Below are positions 11,101 through 22,000 of a stretch of DNA of 64,000 nt, one piece after another. Under the pieces are notes generated by a model. The model worked only from the letters and a program-made list of their open reading frames with translations. It did not search any database and was not told the origin of the DNA. The DNA is from Iphione sp. A-MEVVRFRX5 (taxonomy: Eukaryota), in the NCBI GenBank assembly GCA_976226885.1, contig OZ320316.1, positions 88,598,001 to 88,662,000 on the forward strand, in the 5' to 3' direction. Every line of letters starts with the position of its first letter. The first letter of the stretch is position 1. The position numbers and the translations under genes were made by a program.

Positions 11101-14100
11101 GTACCGTTCACCGAGGATGAATTGATCATGCTCAATAAAACGCGCATTGTATCATCAGCTGTCATTATGTTGGCGCCTAGAGACAGCTGCGCCGAACCAC
11201 CATATGACAAGCGTCTACGTGTACCCGAGCTGGGGATATTAAACTTCCGGTAACCGCGGCATGTTACGCCTGTGAGATAATCCCCAACCTCCCCGAGACT
11301 TTAGGAGCATTAAGGCTGTGCCGCGTTTTGCAGGTCTACGCTTCCTTAGTACATTTCTGGCCGTCCTGCTGGCACTGTGTCTAAGCAACCTTTAATTCCA
11401 ACACCTGTCGTGAAGCTTGTCAGCTGCCGCCTCTCTAGCCTTACCATGACGACGTGCTTCATCAGTAGCGAGCAGCTCGGCCACCGACGTGGGAAATCCC
11501 ATCAGAAAGCCGCGCGCGACGCGCAGAGTCTGTCTTCATTTACTAGCTTGTCACAGAGTGATAATTACTCCCCGGTTGCTACTGTCTGCGCATCATCACA
11601 TTGCGAGTCCATATATACAACTTTATCTGCTACTCGCCGGTGTCGTTGTGATTAACCGAAAGCTCACCCCTCTAAATTGAAGTGTTTGCACTCTTTTTTT
11701 TTGGCTGGAAATGGCTATCGGATGCGTGACGCCCTTCGCTGGCGGAAGCGGCATGTTCACATAATAAGAGCTCTCATGCAATCCACAACCCTACCTCGAA
11801 CACCTCTGCTTGATCTTTTGGCTGGTGTGGCTTGTGTGGGTCTCCCAGTGTTCCCAATTTTCGCTGCATTGCGTCTGCACTGGATACACGCTGCGTTCGT
11901 GGCGTCGAAAAGAGCATAGGTATTCATAAAGAATGTATGGAGTTCGACTGTAGCGCCCGAGGCGACCGGGCAGCGGCTTCATTCACCTTAAATAATGCCC
12001 TGTCTCTGTTCGTTTGTGCACTTTAAAGTCAGGATCAAAGAGATCCTGTGGCGATAACAATAATAAAGAGTTAACTCAGGTATAACTTGCTCGTCTGAGC
12101 AAAGGTAATTTATTTGTGATCGCCCTATGAGCTAAACATGGCGACCAACTGGCGGGAGTAGCGCACAATTCAGGTTGGCATCTAAAGATGTCAGAACGAA
12201 TTAACTCCGATAACAGGAAGTCGTCTGTAAAGTTATATGTGAATAGTTTAGAAGTGCTTCAAAATAGTACCCATACCATGAATATTTCAGTTCGGAGACT
12301 TGCCCATTAATGGCAGTTGCGTGGGGCCGATATTTCGCTGAGAACATAACGGCCCTTGTTATTAGGATGCATGTCCGCGTGCAGCTCCTTGGCTAATTTC
12401 ACACAGACAAGGTAATTCTAAATAATGACGATCTTACCATGATTCATGGGCAGTCCAATACGATGAAATGAAGAAAGGGGGCGATGGCGCATGATTATAA
12501 GCGTGCCAAGCGGATGGAAGAGCTGCACAGAAGTGTGATGTAAGGAAGTGGCCAGGCAAGGAGCACGGATGGCTCTTTCTTTGGGTTGAATGTGCACATG
12601 ACATTGTAGTAGCCTTCAGATTAATGCAAATCTATCCGTATTGATTTGTCCTAAAGCGTTGATCAATACACGATGCTGGGGAACAGTGTGATATTGGCAA
12701 CAACCTCCCGCTCCCAGGATGAACGCTAACAAGGCATAAGGACTAATCTCTGAGTCCATAATATGATCGGTAGGGCTAGCCGAGTTGGATCAAATAGTAT
12801 GATGGGATGTGTAGATCTTACATAATGGTTGCGGCGGAGCGGAAGACAGTCTCCAAATACCATGTCAGGGTCTTTGTCTAGAGTGCTCACCGTATCTTTT
12901 AGCAAGGCCTATAAACCTCATAAAGCGTGTTGTTTCGCTAGCGAATACGTATGAAGTTAAACTATGCCTCAATGGTGGTGGGGTATGCATTGTAATTTGA
13001 GTATGTAAAAACACCTTAAGAGCATGCGATTTCGTTGTATCAAACTGTGTATTCCCGGCTTTAAAAGCGGAGGATGTTCATGGACTAGATTTAATACTTA
13101 GCGGCTTTGTATGTTTCGGCCGAACAGGCGAGTTCAATGGATCAGGTTCAGGTTCCGACAACTTAATCTGTCAACACTAGTGTCAAGAGGTGCTGTGAAG
13201 GATGGGCCTTTATCGGGAAAATCATTGTCGCGAACTCGGGCCTGGCCAGACCTTGGACGATATAGTATGCACTATCCCAATCCCACTCTGCATAATGAAA
13301 TTAAATGGGTGCTTCACCGCGGGTGTTACCTCGGAAACCTCATTCGGTAAACAAATGGGTTACAAGACTAGTGGCGGATTAAACCTCCACAATAGATCCT
13401 CACCCTAATCCGTGTCTACTCTGACCGATGGCGTTTCTCATCTAGCAATACAGTGGCTCGTCTAACCAGAGGTTCTTCGCCTGCTGCATATTCCGGACAA
13501 CACCATTCATCTATGGCCATTCCGCCTAGGGCGCAGCTGCTTCGGTCAGCGTTTGCGCAGTAAATCATGTGGCAGTCCCCACCCGTATGAGGTCCATTGG
13601 TTCCCTGATCGCTAGCGCTGAGTGTATTTTGCGTTGCCCACTGTTGCCTTGCAAGAGTTAATTCCGACGGGCCAGGAGGGCAGTGGGCAGAGGGCGATCA
13701 GTATGATGGTCACATTGCAATGTCCAATCCTCGGCTATCTCCACCGACAGACCAAGGCCGCTGGCTACTGTTGACGAAAGGCCAATCGGAGAGTTGAGTT
13801 ATAGCTCCTTCTGACCGGTCAGTAGCAATCTCAATGCCCTTTGGGAGGGGATTCCTCTAATAAACCGTCTAATCCATCCGAAAGGTGCACGGCTGTTCTG
13901 ATTTTCATAGCCAGGGACTTGTGGAGATGTGTGAGAGGGAAGTAAATGAATCTACGCTATCTAGACTACGCCGGGCACAAATGCCATCTAGCATTTGTTT
14001 TGTACCAGTAGCACCGTTAAAGACACATCGTCATGTCCAAAAGCGGACAGTCTACAGATGACAGGAATAGTCCAGCGCCTGACCAATCTAAGCGTGGGTG

Positions 14101-15183
14101 TGTGTAGGTGCTGGATTGTGTAGGTCCTACAGCAGCCTCCTAATATGTCTTCGTTCACGCCCTGGTTATTGATAAACTGAGCCACCTTCACCCGAGCCGT
14201 TCTCCCATTTTCGTATGCTACTCCTGCTTCCAGACAGGCCATACATAAGCAGGGCTGGGAGAAAAAGCCGAAAAATGAAATTTTAGCACACAGCGATTCC
14301 TCAGCAGTCGTCCGTACTCTATCATCACGGCCGAGTTAACATACTTATCTTGATTAATGAACTTGTCAGGGACTTCTTGATGGCCCGCGAGAGCCCCAGG
14401 CGAAGCCCCTAAGTGCCCGCCCCCTAGGTAATTCTTGCGTCGGAGGGCCTCAGCGTCCGGCCGCCGACGCAGACTGACTAGTTCGTCTTAAATGCATTGG
14501 TAATTGATGTGCTCGTCAGCATGGGATGTCTTAATGTAGGTACAAGGAGTCACTGATTAACCAGCGATAAAGAATTGTTGCCGACAATCATCTACGCATG
14601 GCCACAATATGTCCTAGTCTCTTTAGATGATCGGACAATGGGAATCATTACCGGTATTGTACTGTATACAGCGCCCGTGTGCTCATATACATAATGTCCG
14701 CACGCTGATCATATACCTAAAGACACGTCTCCTGATTTCCTTCTAAATGGCAGGTAAGGGGACGGCGGAATGTGCATTGTATATGGAATGGCAATACCTG
14801 TGTTCGATGAAATGAATATATCGTGTGGTTATTTGTCGGTGACATTACCCCATGAATTCCACATAATGACAACACCGAGGTAAACGCTAAACAGCTTGCA
14901 CACGATTTCTGTCCCTGAAAGGTCATGGACATTCAAATAGTCTTGCAATGAAGGGCATCTGTGTGTGAATCAATATGTTAAGGACAAATGCGTGATTCGG
15001 CTAACAGAGGCAGCATATATTGTTTGGAACATTTTATACTGGCAAAAGTTTCATGCCATTCAAAATACAGGATGTAGTTAAGTGGCCAGACTGTACCAAT
15101 TAATGTATTTTTTCCCCATATGCGTCAAATAAAATAAAGAATTAGTTTCCTTTGATAAGCCGACCGCTCAGAGTTAATCTGTG

Positions 15184-15204
15184 TGATTAATTGTCTGTCA
15201 ATCA
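15184..15204. promoter_or_regulatory. Adjacent Pbx-Hox (TGATTAAT) and Pbx-Meis/Prep (TGATTGACAG, minus strand) sites
   Basis: Both canonical TALE-complex motifs, 3 bp apart, ~670 bp into the intron that follows the large exon. Confidence 0.4.
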
Positions 15205-15870
15205 AGCGCTTATACCTGGCAGCCGTTCCATTAAAGCTCTTCTGCTGCCTAGCTACAAACTCGGACGTTCCTCTTATTTAGCCAAGAACGGTAAAAGGCT
15301 CATTGGGCTGAATAAAAGCGCCATGTATTTTATATGAATTCGTTGGTTTAGAGAGAAATCCTAGGTGGTGGTATACTATATGAAGGCGTATATAGCGTTG
15401 GCAAAGCGCGGGGTAGGTACACTACTGTTATCACTGAAACGTCAGTGTTCATTAAATAAATCGTGAGGCGAATAGCTTTTCAGTGTTATCGAACCAGTAG
15501 CGAGGAGCGACGTTGCGAGAATAGACGCGGCGTTCGTCCGATCAAAATGCATCAGACCACATGACAATTACACTACCGTGGCCTTCAATTTAGCGTCCGG
15601 TCGCCGATATCTAATGCGCTATTCATTAGGTAATACCAGAGGCCCGCAATTGTTATCGATTCTCAATTTGTCCATTTGATAAAATGTTCTCGACTCTCAG
15701 AGGTGTTGGTCTGAGAAGAAAAGCCCTTATCGTAGAGAAGTGGGCACACTGCGAGGAGACTCAAACAAGGGCATGTTCGGGTGGTTCGTACTTAAAAGGT
15801 GGATTTGCATCACAGACAGATCAAAGGCCGTGGAACCGAGCATCAGATAACGAAATCGCTAGCCACTCAC

Positions 15871-18681
15871 CTGTGAAATCATATTAGAATTACTCCGGCT
15901 GATTGCTGGGCTGGGCAGAGGGTTAGGTTTCTCATCGAAGTCACTGTCAAGTTCGAATCGTAGGTGTGTCTTGACTCCATCACCCGCATCGGACTTGGAC
16001 ATTGGTATAGTGCTAACTTTTTCATCGGTCTCTACCCTCCGCATGTTAGGGATGTGTTTGGGGCTAGGAGACTGGTGTTCTAAGTCTACTCTCCTCATAT
16101 ACTTGTAACTATCCCTGTGGTTTCGTTTCTTTTGCTTACGTTTGACCAGTACAATAGCAACAATTAAGAGGATGACTAAAATGGCGCTGGCGACACCCAT
16201 AGATATGACAATTGTCTGGTTTGGAACAATTTCCAAACTATTGTTGTTAGTCCCGCCTTTGCGGTGTGAAATAAGCGACATAGTTTTATTCACGACCACG
16301 TTGAGATTAGCCACAGCACTTTTCTGTGGTCCCCCGTTATCCTTGACCATGATCATTAGTCGATAGCGGCGTCCACCGTAAGCCTCCAGGTTCTGGTTGA
16401 CGGTGATAGCCCCATTCAGAGGATCTATGGTAAACAGGTCGTTTAGATCTCCCTTGGCAATGGCATAATCCAAGCGGGCGTTCACCGAGTAGTCGGCGTC
16501 GGTGGCAATGACGCGCGTCACGACGTACCCGACTGGCGCTATGTAGGACACCTGCACTGTATTGTTGACTGGGTTTGGATACTCAATCATTGGAGCGTTG
16601 TCATTGCGGTCCGATACGTAGATGGTGACGCTCACCGAGCTGGTGGTGAAGGGGAAGCCGCGGTTCCCGGCGAGTACCGTCAGCCCGTACTGGGACTGGT
16701 ACTCTCGGTCGAGCATCCGCCGGGTAGTTATCACGCCCGTGTCAGGGTTGATCTCGAACGTGCCTCGTGAGCCGATGTCCGCACGTAAGGAGTATGTCAC
16801 GCGGTTGTAAGGATTCGAGTCCGGGTCGGTGGCCGCCACACGGCCCACCTCAGTACCCGCCGGCGTGTTTTCGTACAGGGCGAAGTTGTAGTTCGGTAAA
16901 CGGAATATTGGTGACTCGTCATTGATGTCCACGATGTCCAGCACGACGGTGGCAGTCGCCGACAGTGGCGTTTTGCCGTTGTCCCGTGCGATAACGCTGA
17001 ATCTAAACTGGTGCATCTTCTCATAGTCGAGCACCGAGTTTGTGGTGATCATACCCGTCTTCGGGTCCACCTTCACCAGACCACGTGCGTCTGGATGAAC
17101 GGCATAAATGATCTGCGCATTGGGTCCCGCGTCCTTGTCTGTGGCGTTCACCTGGAGAAGAGGCATGTTGATACTGTTATTTTCGCGTACGGTCATGCCA
17201 TACACATCCTGGATGAAAATTGGCGCGTGGTCGTTTTCATCGAGTAACTTGACCACGATGCGTTTGGTAGACCGTAAGGGGGGGTCGCCGTGATCATGGC
17301 ACTCCAGCGTTAGGCTGTACGTGGCCTGACGCTCCCGGTCAAAGGATCCCCCGACAGTAAAGATGGTATACTCGTTCTGATAGATTCGCTGAATGTCGAA
17401 GTTTCTATCCATCAGCGAACATGTCACTTCACCGTTCTCCCCCTTGTCTGCATCCTCCACAGAGATATGTGTAACGAAGGTAGTCGGCTCTGCGTTCTCC
17501 GGAATCTGTACCTGGCCCGACCGCGTCAACGCATTCACGGTGATGCGTGGTGCGTGGTCATTCACGTCTTTGACACGAACTACAACTCGCGCGTGCGTGG
17601 AAACACTGTCCAGTCCTCCCTGGTCGCTAGCGATAACAATGAGGTGGTAGATTTTGTCTTTTTCGTAATCGAGGGCCCCTTTAAGGTACACCTCTCCAGT
17701 CTGGTTGTTGATTCCGAACAAGGAACCGAAACGGTCGACGGTGTCCTGCGATAGCATATAAGTGACACGTCCGTTGGGGCCACGGTCCTTATCGGTGGCG
17801 CGGAGCTGGATTATCACCGTGCCCACCTTAGCGTCCTCTCTGACGCTGACGTCGTTACTGGCATTGTCGAACTTGGGCGGGTTGTCGTTGGCATCCACTA
17901 CGGATACTTCCACCGTCAGCTGGCCCGTTCTTGGCGGTGTTCCCCCGTCCTTGGCGATCACTCGCATTGTGTACGACTCGCGGACCTCGCGGTCGAGTTG
18001 ATCGCGCAGAACGAGCTTGAGGTCGAAAGTTCCATCTGACGTGTTCTGCGCACGCAACTCGAACTTGCGGGTGGGCGATCGGAAATCGTAGCCCTGGATG
18101 CCATTGGTGCCACTGTCAGGATCGCGCGCAGGCGGAAGGACGAAGCTTACACCGGGCATAACGCTCTCTGAGACAGCGAGCGACATGCGAGATTTGGGAA
18201 AGGCCGGCGCATTGTCGTTCCTGTCCTGGATCGTTATCTTGACGGCGACGACTTCGAGGTAGCGAATGGGGACGGGACTGATGGCTACGTCAAACTGAAG
18301 CACACACTCGTACTTTTGGGCACAGATTTCCTCGCGGTCGATGATGCGTTTGGTCACCAAGAGGCCCGTCTCTGGGTTAATGTCAAAGTAGGCCCTGTTC
18401 GGTTCATCCTGCTTGAGGAAGCGGAACTCGAGATTCCTAAAGACGTCAGCGCCGTAACGCTCCACCAGTTTCGAGTCGGTGCCGATGTTTCCCACCAAAG
18501 TGCCCGACGTCAGCTCCTCGAGCATGCTGTACTCGAGGCGGATGCGCTCGGGGCTTTGGGCTCCGGTGGGAACGTGCAGTAACTCGATCATCAATATAGT
18601 CAATACGATGATAATTGAGGACATGCTGTTGGCCCGCCTTGCTGGCCCATTTGTGGCCGCTGCTGAACCTGACCCATCCAT
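15871..18681 (-). CDS. Delta-type (delta1-like, 7 EC) protocadherin, large first coding exon: signal peptide, EC1-EC7, TM helix, proximal tail (937 codons)
   Basis: 940-aa ORF with repeated cadherin Ca-binding motifs (LDRE/LDYE, DxNDN/DxNDH, AxDxD). EC1 has the protocadherin-type DREEICAQKYEC cysteine pair. EC7 is degenerate. TM segment TIVISMGVASAILVILLIVAIVLV is followed by KRKQKKR. A consensus donor CAG|GTGAGT at 15871/15870 (phase 0) lies three sense codons before the ORF stop. Family-level call only (PCDH1/7/9/11-like); orthology not determined. Confidence 0.97.
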
Positions 18682-19017
18682 TTCGGCGGGAGGTAGGCGA
18701 CTGCCGTTCTTGTACGGCCCAGGTCGAAGCCCCGTTTATAACAGCATTTCCGCTATCAATGCGTCAATGAGCGCCGCTGTCAGCGCCCTCTATCACCACA
18801 TGCAGGCCAACCAAGATAAACACAGATGTCCAGCCACGCCCGTTGGCTTCATGGTCACTTCCGATTATACACACCTCGGCTGCTGAATATCAAGCGACCC
18901 ACAGCCCATGCAGGCGACGTCGGGGCGCGATTTGCATCTAGAGGTTAATCCATAGCGGTGTGCATTTAATCCAGTCGGTGAATTGGGTCCACTCGACGCC
19001 ACGCGTCATGTCCATAT
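18682..19017 (-). other. Spliced 5' UTR portion of the large protocadherin exon (336 nt, 9 upstream ATGs)
   Basis: Strong acceptor tcatctttgtttttttccag|ATATGG at 19017. There is an in-frame TAA upstream of the ATG at 18681, and the main ATG has good context (GCCGAAATGG). This implies at least one non-coding exon further upstream. Confidence 0.7.
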
Positions 19018-22000
19018 CTGGAAAAAACAAAGATGATTGAAAGTTACTTTAAACAGGACGGCTTCTAACGTGGCATTAAAGGCATAAAGGTACAATTGAT
19101 TAGGCATGAACTGAATCGGTGCGAAAAGGCTGTCATTCGTCGCCTTTGCGAGTGTTGACCTGCAACCATACAAAGCCTGATTTATATGCAAATGCGACAT
19201 GCACACTTGAACAGACGCCTCAGTACGTGCCTAATAATCTGTTGCATGCGGAAATGGGAGGAAACAAAGGCAATCTGTTGTGAAATTAGCGGGGTTTATC
19301 GGGGGGTGTAAGAGTTGTGAAAGGTTTCAATGGCCCATTGAGGTCTGATAATCAGCTCGGTACTCATCAACGTCTACGACGCATCACACTGGGGGGATGC
19401 GTCTTTGGAGATTTCTTCATGGCTTTTTAGCCGCACGGCGCGCAAGCACTCCAAAGCGGCAGCCGTCACAAGCTGTTCCCTGGACTTCAGAGGCCATTTA
19501 GCAGCAAACCGCCCCGTCACACTTTGACTGACAAATGCGATTAAAGCTCAATTAGCCAGAAAATGTTGGCGTAGGAGCAGTAAATCGGGGCCTCTGATAG
19601 AAGCACTAGTAGTGTGACCACAATCAACGCAAATGAGAAACAACTAGTTTGACGACAATGGTCCATATGGTAAGGACTGCCTCTGTTTGAAGCAAATGAA
19701 AGCCCCTTTAGCCCAAAGTACATTTAAGTGTGCCAGTTATTCTTTCCGACGACTGCTCATCTACAAGCTAAACGTAGTGTTTAGCGTGCAGTCTTCAAAC
19801 GCCGTCTTTTACCCAACATAAAGGCGGATAGGGTGCCATGGATGCCTTACATCTATCATGCAATGAAGGACTCGTCCCTTTTCAAATCACTAGGGAACAT
19901 AAAACTGTCGTTTACGTCGTGTTTCTAGTGTCTATTGACTATGAATGTGATGGGAAGAGAAAGCAATTATTGGCCACTGGGGCCAGTCATTTACTGGCCT
20001 ACAGAAATCATGGCACAATCTTAAAGTTGGCGCTGTGCTAGTCTGAGAGTGGCTTTGCAACGATCGCTGACCGACCTTTCGTCTGTGCCATTTCTATCCT
20101 ACCTCCAGTAGCCAGTACCAATTTGGCAGCCATTGTCAACTGATATCACACCCCGGTGCAGCATTATCACCAATTTGGCGTCCGGTCAGCTTGCCACGGC
20201 TGATTGGGTTTAATTCACAATAAATGTCGTGGTGAAAGGCTACAATGACTGTGGTCCTAGGGCTCAGTCTGGCTCTGGTGGCTACACATCCATAGCCGGC
20301 GTTCTGGTAGTACCTAGGGAGCGCATGTCTATTAAGGGGTGGTCGTGGACCTGGCTGGCTAAGCTACGCTTTCAGCGCCTTTGCACAACTAAAAACATCC
20401 TTCTCTAGGGATGTCACCAGAAACTGTTTCATCGGAGCAACAGTCGGCAAGTACGTTTTAATGACATTTCTCCTCAGTCCAAAGCCAATCAAATTTTCAT
20501 GGTAGACATTCAGCTTACAGTTAATCTTAAGTAGAAATCGGTAGTAGGGCCTCCTGAGAGCTGTTAACATTGACACTCTACCACTAGCACCTTATGCCTT
20601 AGAGATAAAGCGTTTGTGTTCTTTTAGCAATAAACGTCTGTCAGCTGCCTAAAGCACTGACATTCTAGACTTAAGGTTTTTCAGCAGATCGGTATCAAAG
20701 ATATTCCAACAGTTAAATTTCCCAGGCTGGAAATAATATATAGGACCTGTCTCTACCGATATAAGAAAGCATTCGTGAGACAGAGGCTAGGGAGCTGTTA
20801 GTATTGGCCGCTAGTGTTTTTAGAACAATCTACTTTTTATTATCTTTCGACCCTTTCTCTTGAATAAGCTGGTGGTTTCCACTTCACATTAACGTATTTA
20901 TACAACCCCTACATCATTAGACTGTAAGAGGTCCGGTTTTTCCCTCCCTTGAAAATGCTAGACCCCCTGCATGGCAAGAGATATAAAGGGACGCGCTTAT
21001 TCAGGTGGAGTTAAAGATTATCCTTTCTAGGTGAAGGAAGTTTGGGCACCTGGATCGGATAATGGGGCTTTCGACAGGTCGGCTTGGCCATACAGCTTTC
21101 TAATTACCAGGTTGAATATGTGAGTGAACAGCCCCCGGCTAGTTGTACAACCTTTGGTAGAGAGAGCCCTGAACTCCCATGTGGTTCCCTCAAAACGACC
21201 CACACGTTGGGACCTTCCTCGCTCAATGCTGTTTATGCGACCAGTGAATATCTGACCGGCTCTTGCTGATGGCGTTTCAACCGGGTATTTTACAAAATCG
21301 TTTTGGAACATCTAGCGTTCACGGCGCCTTTCAAATTGCGTATAAACGTATGTGAAGACACTTACAGACTATTTTTTGCATGTATTGCGAATGTCTTATT
21401 GATTCCTCATACCAAAGGAGGCGTCGTAACGCTACTGACAACGAGCATCTTTATATATTCATGTGTATGTATATAACACTGTAGTTTTATATTAAATCAG
21501 CTACACTTTCGTAAGTGAACATTCCATCATTCCGCTATATTCACTCTGCTTTTGAAAGATCTTAGAACCAATTATATTCTTTGATCACATGCACTTTGTG
21601 ATTTTGGGACTTTTAAAGTGTGCAGTGACATTTAGAATCTCGTTATCCGGTAAATGTGTTGTCAAATGGACGCCAGGGAACATTTACAGGTTTACTGTAC
21701 CATTTACGCTCAGAACATGGCTGATAAATACGATCTGACGAAATGCTTTGTGTATACATACGCCACGGCTCTTTTGCTCTTTTAGCCCCATTTCCTACGA
21801 GACAATCGGATTTCCTGTTCGGAGCGGCTAGTAGAAAGCTTCGGTAACTTTCCTCTTTGCATGCAGGGCCTAAAATCATGCTGGCCTAGCGTCAAAACGC
21901 CGGCCACTGGGACTGTTCCATTAGGATTTGTGATTTATGTTAGCTGGAGCCTGGCTAAGATTACTTGGTGGCTTTAATATTGACGTGGGGCCGGAAGAGC

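Noticed and set aside
13988-14254. Phase-0 acceptor (tttttctcccag at ~14255) opening an 88-codon frame; similar acceptor at ~10921 giving LPFMC-stop
   Set aside because: The peptides are not Pcdh-tail-like and no matching donor is evident. Typical pseudo-acceptors; only junction reads could rescue them.
16142-18886. Several plus-strand and off-frame ORFs (60-135 aa) over the protocadherin exon
   Set aside because: Shadow ORFs produced by the GC-rich codon bias of the real CDS.
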